Origin: an uncultured Desulfosarcina sp.
Lineage (GTDB): Bacteria; Desulfobacterota; Desulfobacteria; Desulfobacterales; Desulfosarcinaceae
DNA: 64,000 nucleotides
Direction of reading: 5' to 3'
Assembly: GCA_963674945.2 (NCBI GenBank)
Contig: CAXXWQ010000002.1
Span: forward strand, 576,001-640,000
Shown one piece after another: positions 19,781-29,832 of the stretch. Made by a program: the position numbers and the translations under genes. The notes beneath the pieces were generated by a model. The model saw nothing but the letters and a program-made list of their open reading frames with translations. It ran no database searches and had not been told where the DNA came from. Every line of letters begins with the position of its first letter. Within the stretch, counting starts at the first letter, position 1.

Positions 19781-20631
19781 TGAAAACGACACGAAAGAAC
19801 AAATTCAAACGTAAAACACCGGTTCGCAAAGGGTGGCTGCGCCGGCATGCCGGCCACATGCTTGCCATTTTTTCCGGTGCGATAGCCGTGGTGGTGACGA
19901 GTTGTGCATTTATTTTCGTTCACGACTGCTTCACCCAGGCCCGCCACTTTACGGCGCGGCAAGTCATCGTGAGCGGAAACCAGCGATTGGATCGGCAAAC
20001 GATTCTCACGACTTCTGAAATCCAGAAGGGAACGAACATCCTTGCCGTCAACCTGGCCAAGGCCCGCAAAAAGTTGTTGGCACATCCGTGGATCGCCGAT
20101 GCGACGGTAGGTCGAAAGATCCCGTCGACCATTACCATTACGGTCGTGGAAGAAAAAGCCCTGGCGATTCTGGATTTGGACGGTGATCAGGATTTTGTCA
20201 TCAACACCCGGGGTGAGGTGTTCAAGCGTGCCGACGGCTCGGAAAACGCCGCCCTTGTCCGGATCCAGGGTCTTACCGCCGGCGATCTGCCTGTTCCCGG
20301 CATGCCGGCCACCCGGATCTTTCGATCCGTTATGGTCCTTTTGCGCCTTACCGGGAAAGACGAAAGTGCGATGCCCCTTTCCGGTGTTCGACGGATCCAT
20401 CTGGATCGGGAAATCGGGGCGACGGTTTACATGGGAGAGAAGGATCGCGCCGTAAAGCTGGGGTTCGGTCATTATGAAGAAAAAATCGCCGCACTGCACC
20501 AGTTGATGGAGCGCTATGATGGGGACAACCGGTTGACCTGCTTTCGGGTCATCGATCTTTTTGACATCAATCGGATCGTCGTTACGCCGGCTTCGGCCGA
20601 ACCGTCCGTAGACGATCACGAGGAGGTGTAA
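19777..20631 (+). CDS. ftsQ: Cell division protein FtsQ/DivIB
   Basis: Basic N-terminus, TM segment, POTRA-like region (VSGN...HPWIADATVGRKIPSTITITVVE); lies directly before ftsA. Confidence 0.88.
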   Translation: MMKTTRKNKFKRKTPVRKGWLRRHAGHMLAIFSGAIAVVVTSCAFIFVHDCFTQARHFTARQVIVSGNQRLDRQTILTTSEIQKGTNILAVNLAKARKKLLAHPWIADATVGRKIPSTITITVVEEKALAILDLDGDQDFVINTRGEVFKRADGSENAALVRIQGLTAGDLPVPGMPATRIFRSVMVLLRLTGKDESAMPLSGVRRIHLDREIGATVYMGEKDRAVKLGFGHYEEKIAALHQLMERYDGDNRLTCFRVIDLFDINRIVVTPASAEPSVDDHEEV

Positions 20632-20632
20632 G

Positions 20633-21865
20633 TTGCAGCAACCTAGAGAAGGAGCGATTGTCGTCGGACTGGACATCGGAACGACAAAAATCTGCGCCGT
20701 GGTCGGCGAGGTGATCGGAAAGGATATCAACATTATCGGAATTGGGACGCATCCCTCCATCGGGTTGCGAAAAGGGGTGGTGGTCAACATCGAATCCACG
20801 GTGGAGTCCATCAAGAAAGCCGTGGAAGAGGCCGAGTTGATGGCCGGTTGCGAGATATCTTCCGTTTATGCCGGAATCGCCGGTGGCCACATCACCGGTT
20901 TCAACAGCCGGGGCATCGTGGCCATCAAGGGATCGGAAATCACGGAACTGGATGTGGAACGGGTTATCGATGCGGCCAGGGCCGTGGCCATTCCCATGGA
21001 CAGGGAAGTGATCCACGTACTTCCCCAGGAGTATATCGTGGACGATCAGACCGGTATTCAAAATCCGGTGGGTATGGCCGGCGTCCGGCTGGAGGCGAAG
21101 ATTCACATCGTCACCGGCGCCGTCACGTCGGCTCACAACATCGTCAAATGCGCCAATCGTGCGGGATTGGATGTGTGTGACATCGTCCTGGAGAGCCTTG
21201 CCTCGGGCGAAGCGGTTCTCGCCGACGAAGAGAAACAGCTCGGAACGGGGCTGATCGACTTAGGCGGGGGGACCAGTGACCTGGCCATCTTCTCCGGAAA
21301 AAATATCAAGCATACCTTCGTTCTCGCTCTGGGGGGAGACAACCTCACAAACGATATCGCCATCGGCGTACGGGCCCCGCTGAACGAGGCGGAGCGGATC
21401 AAGCGCAAATACGGCACCTGTCTGGGCGGAGAGATCAGTCCCGAGGAGACCATCGAGGTGCCCGGCATGGGGGGGCGTTCGCCTCGAAAGATGCCACGGC
21501 AAATTTTGGGGGAAATTCTGGAACCCCGCATGGAGGAGATTTTCACCCTTCTGCAGCGAGAAATATTCAGGGCCGGAATGGAGAACATGATCGCATCGGG
21601 TATGGTGCTCACCGGCGGAACTTCCCTTCTGGAAGGTGCCGCCGAGATCGCCGAGTCGATTTTCGGGGTTCCCACCCGGCTGGGGCGTCCCCAGGGCATC
21701 AGCGGCCTTACCGACGTGGTAAACAATCCCATGTACGCCACGGGCGTAGGGCTGGTGATATATGGGGCAAAAAAGGAACCGGAGCGAAAGTTTCGCATCC
21801 GGGACAAAAACATCTTCAACAGCATTATCGCAAGGATGAAGAAATGGTTCAGGGACGTTCTTTGA
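20633..21865 (+). CDS. ftsA: Cell division protein FtsA
   Basis: GLDIGTTKI, GLRKGVVVNI, DLGGGT, VLTGG, P.YATGVGL, C-terminal amphipathic helix. Confidence 0.97.
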   Translation: MQQPREGAIVVGLDIGTTKICAVVGEVIGKDINIIGIGTHPSIGLRKGVVVNIESTVESIKKAVEEAELMAGCEISSVYAGIAGGHITGFNSRGIVAIKGSEITELDVERVIDAARAVAIPMDREVIHVLPQEYIVDDQTGIQNPVGMAGVRLEAKIHIVTGAVTSAHNIVKCANRAGLDVCDIVLESLASGEAVLADEEKQLGTGLIDLGGGTSDLAIFSGKNIKHTFVLALGGDNLTNDIAIGVRAPLNEAERIKRKYGTCLGGEISPEETIEVPGMGGRSPRKMPRQILGEILEPRMEEIFTLLQREIFRAGMENMIASGMVLTGGTSLLEGAAEIAESIFGVPTRLGRPQGISGLTDVVNNPMYATGVGLVIYGAKKEPERKFRIRDKNIFNSIIARMKKWFRDVL

Positions 21866-21940
21866 TTCAACGGTGAAAATGTCCCTTTCCGTTGCAAAAA
21901 AAACAGGTTGGATGCAAAAAGGCGGTTGCATTTTTTTTAA

Positions 21941-21989
21941 CCACAACATATAGTCTGATACATCCCATCTATACACCTATATAATGTGG
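21941..21989. promoter_or_regulatory. Tandem NrdR-box-like palindromes upstream of ftsZ
   Basis: CCACAACATATAGTCT (21941) and CACCTATATAATGTGG (21974), 33 bp apart; resemble the consensus acaCwAtATaTwGtgt. Confidence 0.5.
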
Positions 21990-22104
21990 TAGCAGCCAAT
22001 TTTTTGGGCATATGTCAAATCCATCGGGCACGACGAAAAATAAAAGGGCAACCCGGACGCTTCGGCAAGCGTCTTTATGGGCCGACCAAGAAAAGGGGGA
22101 GCGT

Positions 22105-23316
22105 ATGACGGATATGTTCAAGTATGTTGAGAATGAAAATTCGGCAAAAATCAAAGTTATCGGTGTTGGTGGGGCGGGCGGGAATGCGATCAACAACATG
22201 ATCGAGAGTGGTTTGCAGGGCGTAAAATTTATCACCGCCAACACCGATGCACAGGCACTGCAAATCGCCAAGGCAGAGACACGGATCCAGTTGGGATCTC
22301 AGATTACCGAGGGCCTTGGCGCCGGTGCCAATCCGCAGGTGGGCCGGGATTCCGCCCTGGAGAATGCCGAGATGCTCAAGGAAGCCCTGGCCGACTCCCA
22401 CATGGTCTTCATCACCGCTGGATTTGGCGGCGGCACGGGAACCGGCGCGGCACCGGTCATCGCAAGGCTCTGCAAAGAGATGGGCATTTTGACCGTGGCC
22501 GTGGTGACCCGTCCCTTCTCATTCGAGGGAAGAAAGCGTGCCAAGCAGGCAGATGAGGGTCTCGCCGAATTGAGAAAGGCGGCAGATACGGTCATTACCA
22601 TTCCCAATGACCGGCTTCGCGGTCTGGCCAAAAAGAATGCCAAAATGGTGGAAATGTTCAAGAAGGCCGATGAGATCCTGCTCCACTCGGTCAAGGGGAT
22701 CACCGACCTGATCATGATGCCCGGCCTGGTCAATCTGGACTTCGCCGACGTGAAAACCACCATGTCCCGGGCCGGCATGGCCATCATGGGGATCGGCATC
22801 GCCAGCGGCGATAATCGGGCACTGGAGGCAGCCGAACGTGCCATTTCCCATCCGCTTTTGGAAGACATCAACATCACCGGTGCCAAGGGCGTGTTGATGA
22901 ACATCACCTCCAGCAGCGATCTCACAATGGAAGAGATGACCGAAGCCAGCGAACGCATTTACAACGAGGTGGGAGACGATGCGGAGATCATCTGGGGTGC
23001 GGTAATCGACGACAGTATCGGCGACGAGATGCGCGTCACCGTCATCGCCACCGGAATCGGCGGCAGGGAGGAAGAGACCCGTCCCGTGAAAGATACCGTC
23101 GTCAAGGTAGTGGATCCCACCTATGGTGGGAAGGTGCGTGACATCACCCCGGCGGATTTGGCCCGGTCCCCCGAATTGGATCAACCCACCTTCATTCGCC
23201 GTCGCAAGAGTTCCGATGAGAAAAGGGCAAGTGAGGTTTACCGGGAGTATAAGGGGATCGTCATCGATAATGACGACCTGGATGTCCCCACCTTCTTGCG
23301 GAGAAAAGCCGACTGA
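22105..23316 (+). CDS. ftsZ: Cell division protein FtsZ
   Basis: GVGGAGGNA, GGGTGTG, NLDFADV, C-terminal DLDVPTFLR; start set at ATG 22105 behind AGGGGGAG. Confidence 0.98.
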   Translation: MTDMFKYVENENSAKIKVIGVGGAGGNAINNMIESGLQGVKFITANTDAQALQIAKAETRIQLGSQITEGLGAGANPQVGRDSALENAEMLKEALADSHMVFITAGFGGGTGTGAAPVIARLCKEMGILTVAVVTRPFSFEGRKRAKQADEGLAELRKAADTVITIPNDRLRGLAKKNAKMVEMFKKADEILLHSVKGITDLIMMPGLVNLDFADVKTTMSRAGMAIMGIGIASGDNRALEAAERAISHPLLEDINITGAKGVLMNITSSSDLTMEEMTEASERIYNEVGDDAEIIWGAVIDDSIGDEMRVTVIATGIGGREEETRPVKDTVVKVVDPTYGGKVRDITPADLARSPELDQPTFIRRRKSSDEKRASEVYREYKGIVIDNDDLDVPTFLRRKAD

Positions 23317-23344
23317 TCGGGGCCGGAACCGTCAGGGGCACGAA

Positions 23345-25057
23345 ATGGTGGAGCGCGGTGTAATCCGAAAATCCGCCGCCGGTCGATGTCGCGTCGCCCT
23401 GGTCTATCCCCATCACTACGCCGTGGGGATGTCCAACTTGGGATTCCAGACCGTTTACCGGCTTCTCAACGACATCGACCACGTGGCCTGTGAACGGGCC
23501 TTTTTGCCGCAGCCCGATGGCGGCAAAAAAAATCGGGTGGTGACGGTTGAATCGGAAACGCCCATCCGGGACTTCGACATCATCGCTTTTTCCATCTCCT
23601 ACGAAAACGACGCGCCTTTTGTTCTGGAAATCTTGAATGCAGCAGGACTCCCCCTGCCAGCCGCCCGGCGTGAAAAAACGCTCCCCCTCGTGCTGGCAGG
23701 GGGAGTCTTTTGTTTTCTCAATCCCGAAACCCTCGCCCCCTTCGTCGATGTGTTCCTTCTGGGGGAAGCCGAGGGAATGGTAAACGATTTTTTCCGGATC
23801 TTCGATCCCTCGGCCGATAGAAGGCGGAATTTACTGGAACTCAGCCGCCGGGTTCCCGGCGTTTACGTTCCTGCATTCTATCGGCCCCGATACGCCAAGG
23901 ACGGGACTCTGGCAGAATTCGTTCCCACAGCGGATGTGCCGGCCACGGTCCGGCGTCAGATGGTGTCGGACCTTTCCGGCCTGCCCACGGCAAGCACGGT
24001 CCTCACCTCCGATACCGCCTTTTCCGACACCTATCTCATCGAAGTCTCCCGTGGGTGCCCCCATGGATGTCGATTTTGCAGTGCCGGCTATATCTACCGT
24101 CCCCCCCGCTTTCGTCCACTGGCGTTGCTCGATCGCCAGGTGGACGAAGGTTGCCTGCTCTCCGACAGCATCGGCCTTGTGGGGGCCGCCGTATCGGACC
24201 TGCCCGGCATCAAAGAGCTGTGCGGGCGCCAACGTCAGCGTGAGATTCGATTCTCCTTTTCCAGTCTTCGCGCGGACGCCCTGGATGGACCGTTGATCGA
24301 TGCCTTGAAAAAAAGCAGGGTCAAGACCGCCACCATTGCTCCGGATGCGGGTTCGGCGCGAATGCGGCGGGTGATCAACAAGGGTATCGAAGAAGAACAT
24401 GTGATCGCGGCGGCACGGAAACTGGTATCCGCCGGCATTCCCAACCTGAAGGTCTATTTTATGGTGGGGCTTCCCACGGAAACCGAAGATGATGTTTTCG
24501 CTATCCCGACGCTGGTGAAAAAAATCAAAGGCCAATTTCTCACAACCAGTCGGAAAAAGGGGTACATGGGAGAGATTATCGTCAGCCTCGGTTCGTTCGT
24601 TCCCAAGCCCTTTACCCCGTTTCAATGGGCTGCCATGGACCCGATCAAAACCCTGAAACGAAAAATCAAGATGGTAAAGGCGGGATTGAGAACCACGGCC
24701 AATGTGACTGTCCGTGCCGACCTGCCCCGTTGGGCCTATCTGCAGGCCCTCATTGCCCGGGGTGACCGGCGGGTAGCCGATATCCTGGTACTGGCCAACG
24801 AGAACCGGGGCAATTGGCCCCAAACCTTCAAGGCGTCACCCATCGATCCCCATTTCTATGTTCTTCGCGAGAGGGATGCCGACGAACGATTCCCTTGGGA
24901 TTTCATCGATTCGAGGATCGACAAATCCTATTTGTGGCGGGAATACCAACGGGCATTGGATGCCCGAACCTCCGCCCCTTGTCCCGCCGATCCTGCCAGG
25001 TGCTCCATTTGCGGGGTGTGTGAAGGGGCGAGGGGCGATAGGCGAGGGGAAAGATGA
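23345..25057 (+). CDS. Radical SAM protein of unknown function
   Basis: YPHHYAVGMSNLG N-terminal motif, EVSRGCPHGCRFC (CxxxCxxC), YFMVGLPTE, FVPKPFTPFQW, C-terminal Cys cluster; start set at ATG 23345. Confidence 0.88.
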   Translation: MVERGVIRKSAAGRCRVALVYPHHYAVGMSNLGFQTVYRLLNDIDHVACERAFLPQPDGGKKNRVVTVESETPIRDFDIIAFSISYENDAPFVLEILNAAGLPLPAARREKTLPLVLAGGVFCFLNPETLAPFVDVFLLGEAEGMVNDFFRIFDPSADRRRNLLELSRRVPGVYVPAFYRPRYAKDGTLAEFVPTADVPATVRRQMVSDLSGLPTASTVLTSDTAFSDTYLIEVSRGCPHGCRFCSAGYIYRPPRFRPLALLDRQVDEGCLLSDSIGLVGAAVSDLPGIKELCGRQRQREIRFSFSSLRADALDGPLIDALKKSRVKTATIAPDAGSARMRRVINKGIEEEHVIAAARKLVSAGIPNLKVYFMVGLPTETEDDVFAIPTLVKKIKGQFLTTSRKKGYMGEIIVSLGSFVPKPFTPFQWAAMDPIKTLKRKIKMVKAGLRTTANVTVRADLPRWAYLQALIARGDRRVADILVLANENRGNWPQTFKASPIDPHFYVLRERDADERFPWDFIDSRIDKSYLWREYQRALDARTSAPCPADPARCSICGVCEGARGDRRGER

Positions 25058-25306
25058 GAACGTTGAACATCGAATGGTGTGGCAGCAGACATATAGGAAA
25101 AGAATTCAAGGGTCAGAATTCAGCGCTGCCGCCGGCTTTCAACCGGTTTGAACTAAAACCCGACTTCGGGAAAATGAAGTCAGATACGAGAATCCAGAAG
25201 TTTGATTCGTCTTCGGCTCAGTCGGTAAAAGGATTAGAAATAAAGCAGACGTACTATCTAAAAATAGATAGAGCGTAGCGACACCTTCTCCTGGCTCCTG
25301 GCTCCT
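25058..25306 (+). repeat. Degenerate composite heptamer elements
   Basis: GAACGTT GAACATC GAA arm; AGAATTC AAGGGTC AGAATTC; AGAATCC AGAAG-TTTGATTCGTCTTCGGCTCA ... GAGCGTAGCGACACCTT CTCCTGG CTCCTGG CTCCT. Confidence 0.75.
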
Positions 25307-25311
25307 CTTTC

Positions 25312-26079
25312 CTATTGATAGATCTTCTTCAACTCCTCGTTCGCCTCGACGGCCAGTTCTCCGTCTTCGGTGTATGTGATCGCGCCTTTTAAAGCCAAAA
25401 TGGCGTTATTGTAGTCTCCGAGCAACCGATATGTCTTGCCCAGTTCGAGGAGCAATATCGGATTTTTCGGTTGGGTTTTGGCGGCTTTCTCAAACAGGGC
25501 CAGCGCACTGTGCAGATGACCGGTGGCGAGGTCCGTCCTGCCTAAGTTGAGTTGGGCAAGAAAAAAATCAGGCTGCAAGTCCAATGCTTTATTCAAATAC
25601 TCCCGGGCTTTTTGATAATCTCCCTTGTTATAGTAGGCCCAGCCCAGGTTGGTCAGGGGGAAATGAGGGGTGGCATACAACAGGTCTCCGACGACCGACT
25701 CCAGTACCGGGATCGCTTTGTCCCATTCTTCGCGTATCAAATAGGCGCTTCCCAAATTGTTCTTGGCGACCGAGTAGTCCGGGTTGAGTTCCACTGCTTT
25801 TTCGAACTGTGCCGTGGCCAGATCGATTTTCTCCTTGGCCATGTAAACCAGTCCCAGGTCGTTGTACAGAATCGGGTCTTGGGGATCCAGTTTTTCCGAC
25901 TTGAGAAACTCGGAAAGAGCCCCGTTCACATTGCCGTCGCCGAGGTAAGCCTCTCCCAGGTTTCGGGCGGCGACAGCTTTCTTTTTATCTTCCGGGGATA
26001 CGCCCGATGTGGCACAGGCCACGAGGGTCCAAATGGCAAATAGCAAAAGAATGATCGCCCTGGTTCGCGATTTTTTCAT
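25312..26079 (-). CDS. TPR-repeat lipoprotein (PilF/PilW-like)
   Basis: Signal peptide with lipobox LVAC, multiple TPRs (NLGEAYL, NDLGLVY, NNLGSAYL, NLGWAYY), YATP motif. Confidence 0.85.
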   Translation of the reverse strand: MKKSRTRAIILLLFAIWTLVACATSGVSPEDKKKAVAARNLGEAYLGDGNVNGALSEFLKSEKLDPQDPILYNDLGLVYMAKEKIDLATAQFEKAVELNPDYSVAKNNLGSAYLIREEWDKAIPVLESVVGDLLYATPHFPLTNLGWAYYNKGDYQKAREYLNKALDLQPDFFLAQLNLGRTDLATGHLHSALALFEKAAKTQPKNPILLLELGKTYRLLGDYNNAILALKGAITYTEDGELAVEANEELKKIYQ

Positions 26080-26174
26080 GGATGGTTCTCCTGTTATCGT
26101 CTGTCAAATTGTAACACCCAAATTTTTATCACAAATAGATTACAATGAACAAAGATTCAAAAAACAGATTAAAG

Positions 26175-26397
26175 AGAATTCAGGAGCCAGGAGTAAGAAT
26201 CCAGAATGCGGATTCGCCTTCGGCTCAGCCGATTTGAAACAACCACAGAGGACACAGAGAGCACAGAGAACAATTTAGACCGTATTTCTCTGTGACCTCT
26301 TTGCTCTCTGTGGTGAAAGGATGTTATCTGAAAAAACAAGTTTCTTAAAATTAAAAGGAGCGAAGCGGCAACATCACGATTCTAACTTCTGACTCCT
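26175..26397 (+). repeat. Heptamer inverted element with nested 9-mer inverted element
   Basis: Five-heptamer left arm, motif L, ACCACAGAG GACACAGAG AGCACAGAG (26242) ... CTCTGTGAC CTCTTTGCT CTCTGTGGT (26314), motif R, right arm TTCTAAC TTCTGAC TCCT. Confidence 0.88.
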
Positions 26398-26470
26398 ACC
26401 TTCCGTATTTTTGTTATTCGGTGCTCGTAATCTGGAATTTTACATCGACTCCGTGAATTCCCAAGCGATC

Positions 26471-28330
26471 TCAAATATCGGTCTCGGCAACTTGCTTCTT
26501 GTCGTTTACATTCAGTGTCGCATTGCCCTGGATCCGGGCCTGGCGAATACCCTGGTCCGTCAGAAAAACACGAATCGGTTCCGGGATATCCAGCGTGGTG
26601 AACAGCCGCTGCTGCCCGGTTTGGGTTTTCACAAGGATACCGGCAACCGAAATGGTGGTGTTGTACTCGGATGGGCGTTTCGCTCCGTACCAGTAAGGAT
26701 TCAGGGTATACTCCATGCCCACAAAACCCATCAATTGCTTGATGATATCCACCGGACCGGCATCTGCATCGATCTGGAGAATTTGGAGTCCCGTCTGACG
26801 AATGGCTTTGATGGCGTCGCCGTAAAGGTCTCCGAAATCGATGAGAATTTCATTTCCTGAGCCAAAGGACAGCAGGTTGGAAAGGGCCTGGACCTGTATC
26901 CCGGCGTAGGGAAAGCTGATGCTGATGTTCGGTGAATAGGTGAACCCCATGATCCGTGAAAACGATGCGACAAATGTCTTTTGGTCACTGCCGTCGATAC
27001 GATCCACCTGAATTCGTTGTGGTGCTGCGTACTCCGGTTGTGTTGGCTGCTCACCACCGGTGAGAATATCCTTGATGAGGATGTCGTTTTGGTCCAGATA
27101 GCGCACGATGGCGCCATGGGTCTGCTGGGCAACGGACCCGATCGGTGTAATACAGGTGTGGCGTATGCTGCTGCCATCCGAGGCGGGTTTGCTGCTGATC
27201 CACTTGGCGCTCACCTGGATGGAGACACCCTGTTCTTCGAAGGCCAGCCGATCCGGGGTGCCTTTGCCGGATGCGGAGGACAATACCGCCTCCATCACTT
27301 CCGTGTACGAACCATCTTCCGGCACCTTCACAAACTGAACATCTTCCCTGAAGGAGCCGATTTCAGAGAGGTCTACATCCATGATCCGGTCTTTGGATGT
27401 CAAGATGATTTTGGATCCGTTCTCCATGTCGATCATGGGATATTGCGAAAGATCCAATTCGAAATCCTCTCCCTGCCTCGTTGGAAGAAACAGGGTCCCT
27501 TTCCTGATCAGCCGACCACCGATGGCGGCCGCCGTTTTCATTGCCGAGGCTTCGAGAGGGTTCCTCGGCTCCGAATCGGTTTCGGTCCACTGCCTTGCAG
27601 GTGGTGCCGCCGGAGCGGGGCGCGAAGCGGTCGTCTCTTCTCCCTGGGATTCAGATGGAGCCTTTTCGTCCACGATATTGCCGTCTTCATCGAAGAGACT
27701 TTCGTACCAGTTTTTTTCCCGTATGGATGGGTCGGGCATGTGGACCTTCTGGCCGGCGTAGATGCGATTGATATCTTTGATATGGGGGTTGGCCGCCAAA
27801 AACAGCTTCACCCCCTGGTTGTACAAGTTGTCGCCGTATTTTCCACCGAACCGTTTGGAAATAAGGGTGGAAACGGTGTCACCTTTCTGAACGGTGTATT
27901 CAGTTGAATGCTTTTCGATTGTCTCTTTCGTACTGGAGATCATGACAAATGGAATGGAGACGATGCCCGTGTCCTGACCGGGGAGGTTGCCCGGCGCCAA
28001 TTTCTTGATGGGAATGTCCACCACTTGCCCGGGTCGAATCCGGTCGATATCTTTTACATGCGGGTTGAGACGTTCAAAAATGCCGAGAAATTCCCTGAAG
28101 TCCTCGTGGGCGATTTCGCCTTTTTGCCGAAAGATTTTCAACACCCAATCACCGGCCTCGACCCGGTACGGGTCGCACAGAATGTCCCAACCCCGGTCGT
28201 ACCGGACCACGTAGTTTTTGTAGAGCATGGCGCCATTGACAACGACGGCGCCAAGCAAAATGGCAAGGATCGGGAAAAGGAAAAAAAGAGTTCGGATGAG
28301 TCGCGGATGGAAAGAATTGGGAAAAATCAT
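26471..28330 (-). CDS. LysM-domain exported protein
   Basis: N-terminal hydrophobic segment and two LysM-like repeats (YRVEAGD...LNPHVKDIDRIRPGQ; YTVQKGDTVS...ANPHIKDINRIYAGQ); start ATG 28330 overlaps the thrC stop. Confidence 0.82.
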   Translation of the reverse strand: MIFPNSFHPRLIRTLFFLFPILAILLGAVVVNGAMLYKNYVVRYDRGWDILCDPYRVEAGDWVLKIFRQKGEIAHEDFREFLGIFERLNPHVKDIDRIRPGQVVDIPIKKLAPGNLPGQDTGIVSIPFVMISSTKETIEKHSTEYTVQKGDTVSTLISKRFGGKYGDNLYNQGVKLFLAANPHIKDINRIYAGQKVHMPDPSIREKNWYESLFDEDGNIVDEKAPSESQGEETTASRPAPAAPPARQWTETDSEPRNPLEASAMKTAAAIGGRLIRKGTLFLPTRQGEDFELDLSQYPMIDMENGSKIILTSKDRIMDVDLSEIGSFREDVQFVKVPEDGSYTEVMEAVLSSASGKGTPDRLAFEEQGVSIQVSAKWISSKPASDGSSIRHTCITPIGSVAQQTHGAIVRYLDQNDILIKDILTGGEQPTQPEYAAPQRIQVDRIDGSDQKTFVASFSRIMGFTYSPNISISFPYAGIQVQALSNLLSFGSGNEILIDFGDLYGDAIKAIRQTGLQILQIDADAGPVDIIKQLMGFVGMEYTLNPYWYGAKRPSEYNTTISVAGILVKTQTGQQRLFTTLDIPEPIRVFLTDQGIRQARIQGNATLNVNDKKQVAETDI

Positions 28331-29832
28331 TTTTTTCTCTTTAGCTTTAGGTCCGATGCGATCTCGCTGCAAACCGCTTCAACAAATTTTGAAAAATCTT
28401 CGGGATTTAGTGGCCTGCCCGGCTCCGGTACCCGTTCTAACTGTTCGGGGCGTACCAGTTTGGGAAGATTGATCAGCTGCGGGTCGGGGCGAACGGCAAA
28501 TTCATCGGGAAAGTCATTTTGAAAGTACATGTCCTGGAAACCCGAGAACTTGAGGGCATGGGCCGTGGAGTCCACGATGGCCGTTTCGCTTGGGGACACG
28601 AAACCTTTTTCCACGGCCGAATGCAGTCCGGCCAAAGACTCGCCGCCGTGGGTACATGCGATGTGGCCGTTTCGATTCGCCGTCAACTGCCAGTCCATGA
28701 TCGCCTGTTCGACCACCTCGACGAAGAAAACGCGCTGGCACCCGGCCGTCTGGTTGTATTGATCCACCAGATGCATCACACGGGGCATGGAAACCGGGTT
28801 GCCGATCATGGCGGCCTGGGCAACACTGGGTTTGACGGTCATGGGTGTAAAACGCCGCTGCGCCGAATCCGGCTCCTCATAGTATCGGACCACCGGGTTG
28901 GCATGAACGGATTGTACACCCAATATTTTGGGCAACGTGTCGATAACGCCGACATCGAAGAATTTAAGGAAGCCGTTCATGACGGCGGTGATGTTGCCCG
29001 CGTTGCCGATGGGGACCACCACCACCTTGTCATTCATTTCATACTCGAACTCCTGCGCGATTTCGTAGGAGTAAGACTCCTGACCCAATATCCGCCATGC
29101 GTTTTTCGAGTTGAGCAGTGCCACGTTGTACTCGTCGGACAGGCGTTCGACCACCTTCATGCAATCGTCGAATACGCCGGGAATTTCAAACACGTCTGCA
29201 CCGCTGCCCAGCGGTTGGGAGAGCTGCTGGGGGGTCACCTTTTTATGGGGCAGCAGCACCGCCGATGCGATGTGGGGTTTCAGGTACGCGGCATACAGCG
29301 CCGCCGCGGCACTGGTGTCTCCGGTGGAGGCGCAAATGGAGAGCACCCGGTCGATTACACCCCGTTGGATGAGAAAATGGATATAGCTCAAGGCACTGGC
29401 CATCCCACGATCCTTGAAGGATGCACTGGGATTCTGTCCGTCGTTTTTGAAAAAGAACCGGATGCCCGCCTTTTTTGCAAGACGTGCGTTGGCTTCCACC
29501 ACGGGCGTATGGCCTTCGCCCAGGTAAATGATGGATTCCAAGGGGATTACCGGACCGATGAATTCGTGATACCGGTAGATCCCCTTCAATGCCGGGATCT
29601 TCAACATGCGGCGATAATCGAAGATCTGTCGCCACATCTTGCCATCGATGGCCTTTAACCGGTCGAATTGTGTATCGTGGATCAAAAGTACCTGGCCGCA
29701 GTCCGGGCAGGTGTACAACAAGGACTCGATACCATGCTCGGTGCCGCACCCCAGACATCGATAGATCTGCTTTCCACCGGGTTCGGGAATCAGGTACGGT
29801 TGCACCTTTTCGGGAAATTGGTCGATTCTCAC
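28327..29832 (-). CDS. thrC: Threonine synthase
   Basis: N-terminal CxxC...Cxx[19 protein letters not shown] (PLP lysine), [20 protein letters not shown]. Confidence 0.9.
   Translation of the reverse strand: MRIDQFPEKVQPYLIPEPGGKQIYRCLGCGTEHGIESLLYTCPDCGQVLLIHDTQFDRLKAIDGKMWRQIFDYRRMLKIPALKGIYRYHEFIGPVIPLESIIYLGEGHTPVVEANARLAKKAGIRFFFKNDGQNPSASFKDRGMASALSYIHFLIQRGVIDRVLSICASTGDTSAAAALYAAYLKPHIASAVLLPHKKVTPQQLSQPLGSGADVFEIPGVFDDCMKVVERLSDEYNVALLNSKNAWRILGQESYSYEIAQEFEYEMNDKVVVVPIGNAGNITAVMNGFLKFFDVGVIDTLPKILGVQSVHANPVVRYYEEPDSAQRRFTPMTVKPSVAQAAMIGNPVSMPRVMHLVDQYNQTAGCQRVFFVEVVEQAIMDWQLTANRNGHIACTHGGESLAGLHSAVEKGFVSPSETAIVDSTAHALKFSGFQDMYFQNDFPDEFAVRPDPQLINLPKLVRPEQLERVPEPGRPLNPEDFSKFVEAVCSEIASDLKLKRKK

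Noticed and set aside
25054..25278. 74-aa ORF following the radical SAM gene
   Set aside because: Composed largely of degenerate repeat arms, with no protein motif.
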